The position numbers and the translations under genes were made by a program. 64,000 bases of DNA from Chlorokybus atmophyticus (Eukaryota > Plantae > Mesostigma and Chlorokybus algae), in assembly GCA_009103225.1 (NCBI GenBank), contig RHPI01003488.1, positions 1-64,000 of the forward strand, written 5' to 3'. This document shows, piece by piece, positions 9,636-22,500 of the stretch. Under the pieces are notes generated by a model, which worked only from the letters and a program-made list of their open reading frames with translations, was not told where the DNA came from and made no database searches. How positions within the stretch are numbered: position 1 is the stretch's first letter; each line of letters begins with the position of its first letter.

Positions 9636-10244
9636 TGTAAGTCAACAAGCCATTACGATAGGTAGTGCTGTTTACACAGTTCTTTGCGTGAGTGGAAGAG
9701 AAATTGCACTGTTAAGTGAGGTGAATGAGCAAGCAACACGTGGATGCTATGCCCTGACTGATGCCAACAAGCACACCGCGACCAAGTACACAAAGCTCAC
9801 AGCACGGACAAGCACAGTGCACAAGAACATGCACAGGCTCTCACACGATGAGGGGATTCTTGGGAACCAGGACGGTGTGTTTCGTAGTTCAAGTCGCTTC
9901 ACAAGCTCTTAGCTTTCTCACTTACAGTGTTACCAGCTGATCCGGTGAACACTGTGCCTACTTATACAAGTCAACTCATGACTGCCCAGAACATAAGCTA
10001 ACGGTCATATCGAGGCTATTTCCACAGGAAATGCCCACTCGATATAGAACCTGACTTATAACTGAACTCACAACTGAACAGCTACGCGCGGTGCCTATGT
10101 AGGCTATGGTCATGAGCTACTCCAGGGACATGACCTAGCTACTGGTCAGAGACGCGCGCGGGTTGCCATGCTGGTAAGCCGGGCGAGGGTCTCGCTGTAG
10201 GCATGCCCGATGATGACTGGCATGCTTGGGCGATAGGCATGACA
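9636..10244 (-). repeat. 5' LTR (inner boundary tentative)
   Basis: Starts TGTCATG at 10244 and matches 1-598. A putative CTTACA end at 9636 cannot be confirmed because the partner LTR is cut by the window edge. Confidence 0.85.
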
Positions 10245-10908
10245 ATATAGATGTTGCGCTATTGCAGATGACAACAGCATTTGGTTAATCTTGGTGCTGT
10301 ATCATATTTATCTGCATACGATATATGGCAGTATCCATTGCATTTGATATGTGAAGATGTGAAGGATAGCCATCATTTTTAGGTTAAAACTGTGTAAAAC
10401 CCATTTAATTGTGAGTAATTAAAACGCTATCAATAATGAACACGCGCACTTCACATGGTTGTCAAGCTTGCCAACCCACAAAAAAACATAACGTTTATAT
10501 GGTATGAATTTTGTGTTTCAGCATGTTCGTAGAAGAGGGAGGATGAATACTACGGACGAGTAATACAATTGTTGAATGGGTGTTGCTGTTATCGTGACAA
10601 TCATCACATTGTGTCTGGCAAGCTGCAATTATTGTGCGCTGAGCGGATATTGTAATATCTGACAATGTCAATGTAACGCATGCACCAAAGATGCAGTGCG
10701 CTCAAAAAGTTGAACTTGGCTTCTACGTTTTGAGGCAGGGGGTCCGCACATAAGATCACGAGGAAATGCACATGGTGTATGTGTGTGTGTGTGTATTGTG
10801 TGCTATGCGTGTGCTCATGTACTCATGTACAACCTTGGCTCAGCCTTACAAACGTCAATGCTTGAGCTTGCATTGCATCAAATTTGTTGAATTGCAACAA
10901 AGCAAAAT

Positions 10909-11420
10909 TGTCACAACTCACTCGACCACAAAAGACTTGATGCTTTTATGGTCGATTTGTGGTAAACTAATGTACCTTCCCGATACATTCCCCCCCACTT
11001 AAGAACGCTGACGTCCTTGGCAGCTGGCTCCCATCAGCTGGGGAATCATCCCAGGGGTCTGAGTAGGGTCGGTCACCGGCCCCACCGCCCAAGGACCGGC
11101 CAATTTAGGCCCATACCGGTCAACGCGCGCATAGCGCACCGTTGCCGGCCCCACAGGTCGCATCGCGACAGGCAGGTCGCGTACTGCTGACTGAACGCCG
11201 GCGCGCCTTCCATTAAGCAAGTCGCGACCCATCGATGATGGCACTTATGACCATTTCTATGTTACTGGATCGAGAAACAACGACCGCGGAATTCGTGTGC
11301 AAGGCAGGAATTAAACCCGGGTTACAAGCTCCGATGACCAATGTCACAGCCCACTCGACCACAAAAGACTTGATACTTTTATGGTCGATTTGTGGTATTT
11401 TGATGTACCTTCGCGTTACA
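10909..11420 (-). mobile_element. TRIM (terminal-repeat retrotransposon in miniature), 512 bp
   Basis: 79-bp direct repeats 10909-10987 and 11342-11420 (9 mismatches), each TG...CA; perfect 5-bp TSD AAAAT (10904-10908 and 11421-11425); PBS-like TGGTCATCGGAGC (11340-11328); G-rich PPT at 10988-10999; no coding capacity. Confidence 0.9.
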
Positions 11421-12399
11421 AAAATGCGATTGTGGCAGAAAACATCAACAACACAAGACAGTCGCACAGAAGGAGGGGGAGAAGAAGGTGTCCCGCGGCG
11501 CTATATATTACAAAATCCAATATGCTGAAATATGCACCTCCCATCTGCACATCTTTTATTTTGTTGAACAAATGAGCGAACATGAGGAGAAGTCTCGCGG
11601 AGTTGTTGACAGCTACGAGCACATTAAGCTATATATAAAGCATGCACATCACGTTACTTTCTAACCTTGATGCATTCAACAACACAATGAGGAGGAGCGG
11701 AAAGCTAGCCAGCTTTTAGTTGTCAGGCTTTTGTGTTCTGCACTTTTACTTGCATGGCAAGCAATGAGAATTGAAGATGCTGCAACCGACTGGCATGCAC
11801 TGGTAGGCAGTGCATGGCTCGAGCAAACACGTCAGCCATGTGGCCCACATGATGTGGGGCGTTCGCTTGTTCAAATCAAACTTGACCGTCGTTGCTTATA
11901 TGGAGGGTGGACATTGTACCGCGAATCCCGTTTTCGTACACCCAAATGCCCTGCTGCGCGGTAACCTGGCCACCCGCACTGCGCAACACCGGTCCCGATG
12001 GGAATTCTGGCGGCGAACAATGCCGTTGACACCACCAGCGCCGCCGCCAACGCTGCTGAGAACCAAAGGCGCACAAGCACTGAGCGTGTCTAGGGGTGGG
12101 GGAGCCACACTGTGAAAGTCAGGGTCCCATCAATTTGCTTGAAGGAGGCGCCTTAGAGCTGGTGTTGGTGGAGATTTGTGGTACTGGTTGTTGGGCAGGA
12201 CCCAAGCCAGGCCAAGTCAGGCCAGGCCGGGCCAAGCCAGGCCAGGCCAAAAGCCGCACAGAGCACTGAAGCCCTTGGTTGCCAATATGTGCAATCCACA
12301 TGACGTGTTCACAAGCAGTTGACAAGCAAGCAGTGGGCGGGGCTAGCAGAATGTTGACGTGATGTGCTGCGACGGGATTTGACCAGTAGCATGGTCGTC

Positions 12400-15300
12400 A
12401 TGCCAGCTTCCGCTGCAAGGCTTGAGGACATTGTGGAGGGGCTGTCGTCGCTCGATACCGAGGCCAGATTAAAGGCGCTGAGGGACGTGAAGAACTCCAT
12501 CATCGGCAACAAGACCAAGAAGATCAGCTACATCAAACTTGGCGCCGTGCCCAGGGTGGTTGAGATCCTCGCCTCCGACACCGAATCCTCCCTTCTCGTC
12601 CAGTCCGCTGCCACTGTTGGGTCGTTCGCTTGCGGCATTGACGATGGAGTGCGCGCGGTACGTGCTGGTTGTGGTCGTTGTTGTCGCTATTGCTGTCGTT
12701 GTTATTGTTGAGTCCTGTACACCCTCATGCATCAATACTCCTGTAACCGTGTTGTTGTTGTTTTTGTAACCGTAGCAGTGTAGTCCAAGACACCACCACA
12801 TGCGTTCTTGTAACCGCTGGTCACAATTTGCGAGTATGAAGTCTACAACAAGCATGTGAAACTGTAGCAGTTTCAACTTGAACTGTTCCCTTTGCTGAGT
12901 GCCATGGTTTCTGTCAGACACCTCCTCGTCAGGCAGGACCTTTGTGGCTGCTGCAACTGTGTATGCAATCAAGGAGGACGTGGAGACTGTATGAGCAAAT
13001 TGTTGAATAACATGTTGCCAGGACTGTGCTGGTCCCATTACCTTTCAAGTGTGTTCTTCAAGCAGTCGCGGTCTGCTGCAGGTGCTGGACAGCAACGTTC
13101 TCCCGCACTTGTTCAAGATGCTCTCCAGTTCTGATAGTAAGGTCATGGAGGCGGGCGTGCGGTCGCTCAAGCTCATATTCCAAAGCAGCTTGGCGCCCAA
13201 AGCACGTGTGTTTGAAGGCACAACCATGCAGCTGATGATGTCATTGCTGAACCACCAGAACGACAGCATCGCAGAAGTGGCGGCCAGCGTCCTCGCAAGA
13301 TGTTGTGAGACAACAGAGCAGCAGGAGGCCATAGCCGCTGCGGGCGGACTGCAAGGTGTGTTCCGATTGCTCGCGTCACCCGTTTCAAGAAGACCGGTAT
13401 GTTGAACACAAAGGAACAACTTGTGCTTCCAAGAAGTGTGTGTTGTAGGGTGGTAATTGACCGCTTGCTGTGCTGGACTTGTAGGAGGCTGCATTGGACG
13501 TGCTTGCTGCTTTGACTCGAGACAAAGAGGCCATCTCCCGGCAAGTGTATGAAGCGCAAGATGCCATGGACCACATACGAAGATTGCTTAAGGACTCCCA
13601 CCCACGAATACGACTGCTGGCCTGCACGTGCGTGGTGAACATTGACAAGGCCTACAAGCTCGCAAAGCTGCAGGGCGATGTCAGGGTGGTAGTTCTGCCG
13701 GCGATTGTGAAATTGTTGGGTGAAGGCAGTACCATAGCGGAGGATGCGCTGTTTCTCCTGGCCAAATTGATTGAAGACAACGACTCGCTTCAGAGGTTGG
13801 CATGCGGAGCGGACGCCATCTCGCGGGCTGCAACATTTCTGAGTCAGGCAGCTTCCACAAGGTTGAAGCACGGGGCACTCTGTGCATTGAGTGCGCTGTG
13901 CTCCAGCCTCGAAGAGGCCCGCGCTCAGCTTGTCGACAACGAGGTGCTTATGATGAATTCTTTGCTTCCTGCTGTGCTTCGATTAGCACCTAGTAACCTA
14001 TGCACACTTGCCATTTGTGCCTTGGTGTTCTGACTTCGCAGCTTATGCGGCTTGCATGCAGGAGGTTTGGCATCAAGCTTTGCCTGTTATTGTGTCGTCG
14101 CTGAGTAATATTTCGGAACACGTTCGGGAAGCAGCTTGCAACTGCGTCTGCAGCCTCTCCCGTTCTGTTCAGGTGCTGCCTTCAGCATGCATTGTGCAGA
14201 GGACCACACACAGCAGTGGCAACTTGTGGCGAGCTTTCGTGTTGTGTCAAAGGGCTTGCAAGACAGCTTGCAGGGCTCATAGGACTCCGAGGGCGCGTAA
14301 CAATGTTTCCATCACGCATGACTGTTGGTTGCATGGACTGCCCTTAACTATGGCATCAACAGGCTTTGCGCAAGGGCTTCAGTAATGTGGACTGCGCGCC
14401 GGCCTTGTTGAGACTGCTAGAGGATGGCACTTCACCTACAGTGCAGGTATGTCTAGCAGCCTTGGACATCCAACTTGCGTAGCAGCATAGGGCCTGCCTG
14501 CCAAAGGGTTCAGTAACAAATACTTTCTGTGTTACAGGTTGCGGCTGCCAAGGCGATATGCAACATGGTGTTGGATTTTGCTCCCATGAAGAAGGTAATG
14601 CAGCTTCAACGCAGTGACCTCCAGCACAGTGCTGACAGGTGTCCCCCATCAGGGTGTACTTGCTGCAGGTCTGCCAATCCTTGTTGCCCATGCGCATTCC
14701 ATGGAGCCACAATTGCGTGTATTGAGTGTGAAGACCATTGAGAACTTGCTGTTCTCCTCGACTGTCCAAGTCAAGGAGCAGGTGATGGCAGCCCTAACAT
14801 ATCCCGCGCTATTAGATCTGCTGCAAGGTAGGTCTCATGTACACTGAATGCAGTGAATCAATGCTTGAGTGTTGTGATGTTGTCAACAAACTTTGCTCAC
14901 TGTCATGATAAGCAACTGTGTTGCCCTTGCAGATCCAGAAGAAGAGGCTCAAGAACACGCTGTTGCTGCGCTTCGCAACTTGGTTTTTGGGCAGGTATGG
15001 TCTTTGACTTCCAAGAGCTTGCCTGTCCTTCCAACTGCATACGCCTCGAACGGAACTAACAAATATGACTGCACTGCTTGTGTGGCAGCCAGAAGACGTG
15101 GATCGTGTACTGTTGTTTGAAAATGGCGCTCTTCTACGCGTTGTTGAGCGCACGCTGTTGTCCAGAAGGCACGAAATACTGCTGCAGGTACTGTCTTAGC
15201 AGCATTAAGCATATCTGGGTAGCAGAGCTAGCAGTAGCACTACAAACGAGTGACCTGGATAAGCAGTGGTACTGAGTCTTTACTGTGTGGCAGTCGCTCT

Positions 15301-15790
15301 ACTGCATCTGCAATATTGCAGCTGCTACGGAAGCTGCGAAGGAAGCTGTGATGGCAAGCAGTGTGCTGGAATCACTTCCACCACTCATGGCTGATGCGAG
15401 TGCTCAGATTCGGGTTGCAGCCATCTGGTAGAATTCTTGGCATCAGTCTGTCACCGGGTGCTGGACAACTATGTCCTCAGAGCTTTCATTGCAGGATACT
15501 CATCAACTTGAGCTGGAGAGAAGGGTGTCCACCTTTGGCTGTTTCGGAGCGGGTTGCACGGCTGAAATACCGAGGCCTTGATGTGAAGCTGGCAGCTATG
15601 CTAGACGACCCATCATTGGAAGTCAAGGTACGACACACCCTTGGGTGGTATTCAGGGCTTTGTTGCGGTCAAACTCACGGCATTCCATTGCACAATGCAG
15701 GACCGCGTGAGGATAGCACTGGAACACTTTGCTGCGGCAAGCGAGCGCCGAAGTACAGATGAAGAAATGCAGCTGACACCTTTAAGATAG
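12400..15790 (+). CDS. ARMC8: Armadillo repeat-containing protein 8 (GID5/CTLH complex subunit homolog), multi-exon
   Basis: N-terminus RLKALRDVKNSIIGNKTKKISYIKLGAVP...LLVQSAATVGSFACG is typical of plant ARMC8; ARM-repeat exons continue to a stop at 15788-15790. Confidence 0.88.
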
Positions 15791-15860
15791 CAGTATGCAG
15801 GTGTACATATGCATATGCAAAAGCCGCTGCACAGTTTGGTGTCATGGCAGGTTATCTGTG

Positions 15861-18140
15861 TTACCGTCTCAGGGGAGGAAAGGCAACTAGCAGCTTATTT
15901 TCAGGCGAAACAATAGCTGCTACATAAGCTACCAACTTGACCTCCAACCCTAGATTACGCATCCAGTCAGCTCGCGCTGTATCTATAAGCAGTTTGCACT
16001 GCTCGCCCAGCAAAGCCATCTCCTCTACTGAGAGATCCAAAGGGCCAATGATGCCTCCAGTTGTCAACCCGTGTTTGGGTTTGACACTACACACAGCCCA
16101 GCTGCTCATTCTAGTCATTAAGTTGAAGTCGGTGGGACTGAAGCCCCTCTCTGCAAACCAAGCTGTATCTGCACAGCGTGTTGCACTTCAAAGGATGGAC
16201 ATGGGAAGAAATACACAGCCAGAGTCTCAAGAGAGTGGCCTTAGCAAGTATGTCTCCTTACTTATAAATGAATGCCAGCGGCACAGGTGGTGACAGCAAG
16301 GAGCAACACATAAGCCGTAGAACTGTGTATGGTGTTGGTCACTTGCAAGGACAGAGCTTTGCAGCAAGCGGCCGCAGCAATTGAGTGTCATATCTGCAGC
16401 AATGAAGTACACATGACAGCAATTAAGCACATGACAGCAATTAAGTACAAACATAACAACAGCAAGCAGCGTGCTTGTATCTGACAGACTGCCATCACCA
16501 CTGCAGCATAGACATCAGTTGGCAGACGTGTAAAGCCGCAGAATCTGCAACTTAGTTCCATACCTGTAGCTGGGCCACAGATGTGTTTGCCAACAGCAAC
16601 AAACTTCTGGTCGTTAAGCTCCTGAACCCCAGCCAGGTCCAAGTCTTGAACTGGCGCCGCAACACACAACAGTAGGTAAGCGTGCAACTTGTGCTACACT
16701 CTGCATACATAGTCCAACTTACTGTCAAGGTGCAGGCGCTTGATACACTGTAGTTGTTTCTGTTCACCGCGCTCTGCCTGCATCAAGTGCGCATACATTG
16801 ATGCCTTGTTGTCTTGGCTTACACAACAGATTGCAACGCGCCGCCATGCGGAGTGTAACTGTAACTGTGCTCTCACCTTGAAGCGGTATGCGCGCCGCTC
16901 AACTAAGAACACGTCTTTCACGCCACAACACTCCCACAGCATGTGACTCAAGTAGCCCCTGCCAGCACCAAACTCCACCACTGCAGGCATGCCGGCAGAC
17001 TCAGGGTGGCTCACAGTAGCATTGTCTGTGAACTCCTGTACACAAGAACTAGAAGGCAACAGTCCGACCAGTTGTAGATGTCCTATGATGGACGCTTGCT
17101 GTAGTGCATGCTTGAGTGAATACGGCGTTGCCCTGCAACATGCAACCGCATGTATGAGCGACCATACATTAAAGCTCGCATAGAGTGTGCAGACAGGTTG
17201 CTGGATCCGTGCAGCACCTGCCTGCATTGCCAGATACATAAGAAGCACATTCTTCAGGACAGAGCAACTCCACTGTCGGTGGCTTTGGGAACTCCGCAGC
17301 GCATGTTTGGCGGATGCGCGCAATCAGTGTGGTGAGGTCTATTTCGCCGATTGGCACATCAGGGTCTCCTTGTTGAGGAACGGAGCAACCAACGACGTTA
17401 CAATCTTTCCGGTAGTAAGGCTGGCTATGCATGCGAGCTGCTTGTATGGTGGATGGACAGCGCGGGACATGGGCATCCACCTCCGCCGCTGGAACGGAAC
17501 TGGACAAGGGCAGCAAGCGTTTGGGCAACTGATGCTTGTGCTAAGGGCTGGATGCAAGTGCACAGCACTCGAGCATGGTTGTTTCCTGGCATCTACTTCT
17601 AGTACAAATAGTCCATACATGATGGCTGTGTTGCGATTGATATTGTGAAAGCAACAGCAGACATGCTCTTGCGCGACCAAACAGCATCGCACTCAGTCAA
17701 TATCTACTCTACGCAGTATAACAACATGCAGAATTCTGCCATACTGTCTGGTGTTTGCAAGCTGTACGAGCACGACAAACCAAACGCTAAAGAGCAACTA
17801 TAGTAATGCCTGTGTGCTAAGATTTAAGGCAATGCAACATGGGAATTGTCTATGCCGCATGCTGTCCAGTGTAACATTTGTTAACAACGCATGTGCCGTG
17901 CGAGAGGCTGTCACGGGCGGGCACTCACTGAGATGGGTCCACAGGGCATGGGACTCGCAGACAACTGGGCGCATGATTCCCGCAGTACTCAGAACCAGGC
18001 CGAGGCGCCAACCGACATCGGCGTCCTTTGGCAGGAACATACATCAAGCACGTCACCCTCTCCTCACCCATACCGCCGACGACCCTGGCACCGCCGCCGC
18101 CGCCGCCGCTACACCCTGACTGCAGGGTTTGGTGATCCAT
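15861..18140 (-). CDS. TRM13: tRNA:m4X modification methyltransferase TRM13, multi-exon
   Basis: CCCH finger (TCLMYVPAKGRRCRLAPRPGSEYCGNH), RVPCPVDPS, SAM motif VEFGAGRGYLS, and KHICGPAT motif. Confidence 0.9.
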
Positions 18141-19548
18141 GATGATGGCCACGCAGTTCATTGAGCGTGCTAAGCGTTCAGTGAACCTGAGAGTCTCGCT
18201 CACCATCCGCCGCGTCCTTGTCAGAATTTGCCACTTGCACTGTATTTGAATCATCATCTTCACACACGCCTTCCCGCGTAGATCATGGCGATTCTTGTTC
18301 TCGCACAGAGCACGTGCCTTTCAATTGCCAGCCGTCCGATGCTACTCGGCAATCTTCTTTAACCGTTCAATATAATGGAAGTTTCGTATCTCCAGATTAC
18401 GAGCTTGCAGCTGGCTTCGCCAACTGATAGCGGAAGTAGAGGAACCTCAGCTTACGACAAAGGAAGCAAGCTTGGAAGCTGTCTCTAACTGGACAGTTTC
18501 CCAGCAATCTCTGTTATAAGCTGTGAGACCGGGAAGCCGCCGGCCACCGCTGTGCACCCGCCAAGTGTCGCGCATTGCACAGTGCAAATCTTACACTGCT
18601 CGGAGCGGCCATCACTACACCGGCCAGATTCGGCTGCCTCAACCGGTCAGCTGAGCAACGTGATCAGTGATCTGACAGTCGGTGTGGTTAAACTGGCGCA
18701 CTTTAACTACAGTGGTTGAATTTGCGCAAGCAGCAGCAGAGCAGGTAGCTTGCCAGCAGCGGCGGCGGCGGCGGGTGTGGCGTTTGCAGAGGCGTTGGTG
18801 TCTAGCGATTGGCGGATGTGCGTGATAGCCAAATGCATGTAGAGTCAGCTGCTTGCTGCGTTGATGCGATAGTTGTGTAGCATGCCTGCTGTGGGGTTGC
18901 TCAACGTTTGAAGAGGTGTTGGGAAGGCTCTCCCCAACATGCAGTGCTAGCCAGCTGGAGTCCAGCGTATTCCAGGTAATCGAGATTGTTCTCGTGTGTG
19001 TCTATGCGGGAGCTTGGGCTTGGTGCTTGAATAAAGGTTGTCGGCATGTTTGTCGTATGTAATGGAACGTCTGCAGCTGCGCAAGCTGTACACACCAGTA
19101 CTAGCGTGTCCAACAGCAGCTTTTGACATGCATTGTCATTCCCAGCACAGCAATCAACTGCAATCTTGAAAGTAATGACACCAGCACAGGTCGTCTCACA
19201 GATTACAGCATGCTGTTTAGTGGTCGGAAGGAATAGTAGTGCTTGAACTATGCGTGGAAGTCCGTTTACTAGGCGTAATAGATGATGATACTGGTGTCTT
19301 AACGCATATCCAATGAAAGTGTGGATGGAACATGTCACCCTTAATCACATGGTTGCCAAGTCATGTAGCAGTCTACTGCAACATGAAGAGCTGCAGAATC
19401 CTCTACACTGAATACAGTCGTACACTGGCAGTGTCTGGTGTCAAGCGCAGTGTCTGATTTTGCTGTGCATACACCATGCCCTTGAACTGCGCATGACTGA
19501 TCCGTGTATACTCTGCATGGTGCACTGTGAGCACAGATAGCTCGTAGC

Positions 19549-22500
19549 ATGTGGCGGCCACTATGGCTGTTGGCGTGCTGCTGTCTGGTTGCGGCGGCAC
19601 AGAGCGTAGACCAGACAGCAGTGCAGGGCGCTGTGGGTGAAGACGTAGTGCTGGCAACAGAGAGGCGAGTTGAAGCGGCAGCGATCTGGCTTGATCATGA
19701 CTGGAAGTTCTTCTACACACTGTCGTTAGTGGCGACAGCGCATGGAAGCTCGTTGAGTTCTGGCAGCGGCGGCTTGTATGGTATAAGCGCGGATGCTTTC
19801 ACCAGCACCCAAGACTATGAGCGAACATCAGGCCTGAGCAATAAGTTGCAAGCCCTCCTCGGCACCGCTTGGGATGTCGTTAGCTATGACCAGCTGGATG
19901 TGCCCATCTTTTCTTCCATTGCCGCACACCTAGTAGCTGCGGCAGCAGGTGCATCGTTTCCTCAAGGTCAGAGCAGTGGCAAGGCACTGTTCAGCAACCA
20001 GTGATTTCTTGTGAAGTGCTAAGGCAGCCCAAACCTTGTGCAGCTCCGGCGTCGCAAGCGGACTTCTGGGCTCAACAGTATGGTGGCTCTGACATTGCAG
20101 CATGGCTGGCTGCTGCTGCAGGAGCTGCAGGTACGTCTAGTAGCTGCCTTTTGAACTTGCAGTCCTGCATTCTGGTGTTGCAGCACATGTTGCAAGGTCA
20201 CCTACTTGATGTTTGAAAGTAGAGTACGAACTTTACTCAGATAGTTACAAGATGCTCAGCTAATCGAAAACCGCGCACCATGTAGTCACGTATGCATGTC
20301 TATGCACACGGAACAAGCAGCAGTCTACACCATGAAGTAAGACATGCATGGTTATGTGCAGAATGCACTCGCAAGCTGGACATTGTGTTTTTGGTTGAGG
20401 ACTGCAACGGCGAGGATGACAACTATCAAGCGGGTTTGTCGCTTGCGAGCACGGTTCAGTCTCTGTTCTCATCACCTGAGGCACGAACTGCGGTGGTAAA
20501 CTTCTGTGAAGCCACGACCCCAATCAGCCTGTTTGATGGGACTTCTGCTGCGGAGCATGTAGGCCAACCGTGCTCGCGGCACCATGTTGCATTGACATCA
20601 TGCAGGCTTCCATGCATATGCACGCTTGGTATGTGCAGCATAGCACAATGTCAAGCTGACCGCCACCTCATGTTTGCAGGACGTCAATTACGACAGCCCA
20701 ACAGGCTATCTCTCTCCCGTTCCTGGTGCCAATGTTGGCTATGGCATATTTTGGGTCGTGGACAACTTGTTTACTGAACAAGTCATGCCCGACCCATCAT
20801 TTGGTCCTCGTCCAGCATCGGAGGGTAAGCTGTTCAGCGGTGTGGGAGGCAACTGACAAGTTTCTCATGACACGTCCCTGCTACAGGAGCTGCTCGGGTG
20901 ACGATTGTGGTTACAAGCTCTGGCCCACTGAACCAGCAGGTCCTTGAGTCAGTGGGCGCTTCAAGGTGAGATATGGGTACTTATTGCTCAACTCCTGAGA
21001 GGATACACACTACTCTTACATTGCAGGCTCCCTTTGCATTAATTTACTACATTCGTTGCGCTGATGCAGTAAATTCCATATGCTGTGACAGTTACAATTA
21101 TGGCGTGACGGTCATGGCAATTGGTATTGGGAGCGACGCAACAGCTGTGGTTGAAGCAATTGGTGGAGTAGCAGCTCCAGATGGCCTCGTTCTGCAAGGG
21201 GCCCGAAGCTTTATGGTGTCAGATGCGGCTGAACTGGGAAGTCTTGCTGGGCTTCTGCAACTCGAGCTCTGCAAGAATGGTAAGCTCCTGGTTTGCTCTA
21301 TGCTCTGATCTCTGCGTGCCGTAACACTTGTGTCCTGTGTCCCCTGAAACTCACACAGCGTTTGGCAGTGCCATTGCGCGTTGGCACGGGGTGCGTCCTC
21401 GGGCAGTCTGTCGCTGCTGGCGGCTCAGCAATGTACAGCACATCAGTGCCTACTGAAGGGCTCACAGCTGCCATTACTGACGACAGTGGGAGCAGCACAT
21501 GTTACATATCCACAGCCATATACCCAAATGCAGCCTTGTACAGTCAAGTGGTCACGAGCTCTGGCAACTTGACTGTATCTGCAACTGCTGCTGGGGCTAA
21601 GGCTTACATCTCCTGTGAAAGCAGCAGCGGTTCCACGCTCCAGCTGTGCACCGTGCCCGGTGTATTCAGCACCCCGTCAGAGCCGAGTGAGTACTGGTCA
21701 AACTGTTCCTGTCTCTGCCGCGTTGATAGTATGTGTGGTAGCCGTGTAAGCTAATGTGCTCTTACGTTCTGTTGGCAGATCCCCCACCAGCACCCATTGC
21801 AACCCCGGAGTCTCCACCACCCGCAAGTGCACCTCCTGCAAATCCAGCACCTGAAAGTTCACCTCTTGAAAGTCCACCACCTGCAGCTCCAGGTAGATAT
21901 TTGATTTAGTGGCAGGGCACGCAGCTCAGTGCGCACTGTGTGTGGTGTTGGCAAGCGTGCAGCATGTACATGTACGTACAGTATGCACACAGTGTGCATT
22001 GTGTTGTCTTCAAGCAGCAACATGTTGGGAACAGCCACCAGCGCAGCCGACAGCTAGGCTAGGAGGTCATCTTTGTGTTGTTGACCAATGCATTGCTCCA
22101 GGCGAAATACCGTTGCCGCCGCCGCCACCATTGGCACCTGTGTTTGAGCCTGCCGGCCCTTTTAATGTTGTTCCACCTGCTTCTGCTCCACCGATTGCTG
22201 TTGATACTAATATTCCTCCGCCTGCTCCTGGGACATTGTTGAGTCCGTCAGTCCCACCTGCTTCTGCTCCACCAATTGCTCTAGATACTAACATTCCTCC
22301 GCCTGCTCCTGGAACATTCTCGAGTCCGTCAGTCCCACCTGCTTCTGCTCCACCAATTGCTGTGGATACTAATATTCCTCCGCCTGCTCCTGGGCCAGTT
22401 TTCAGTCCGTCAGTCCCGCCTGTTCCTGAGTCCTCAAGTCCAGGTGCTGGGGTACCTCCTGAGCAGACACCATTACCTGCTGGTAGCCCAGCACCAAGCG

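Larger units (their letters stand above)
1..10244 (-). mobile_element. Ty3/Gypsy LTR retrotransposon encoding a DNMT3-like cytosine methyltransferase (degenerate; left end beyond the window)
   Basis: Direct repeats 1-598 and 9648-10244 (about 94% identical by eye over the first 240 bp) both begin TGTCATG on the minus strand. Between them lie a gag with two CCHC knuckles and a pol with protease DTG, C5-MTase motifs and RT YIDD. Confidence 0.93.

Noticed and set aside
9430-9640. Primer-binding site of the large element
   Set aside because: No convincing tRNA-complementary TGG motif next to a confirmed LTR end; TGGAGATCCC near 9490 is only a weak candidate.
10909-11420. Stand-alone site-specific recombination cassette
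   Set aside because: TG...CA ends, TSD, PBS and PPT explain it better as a TRIM, and no recombinase is present in the window.
11871-12119. Small minus-strand ORFs upstream of ARMC8
   Set aside because: No recognisable family or clear splice structure.
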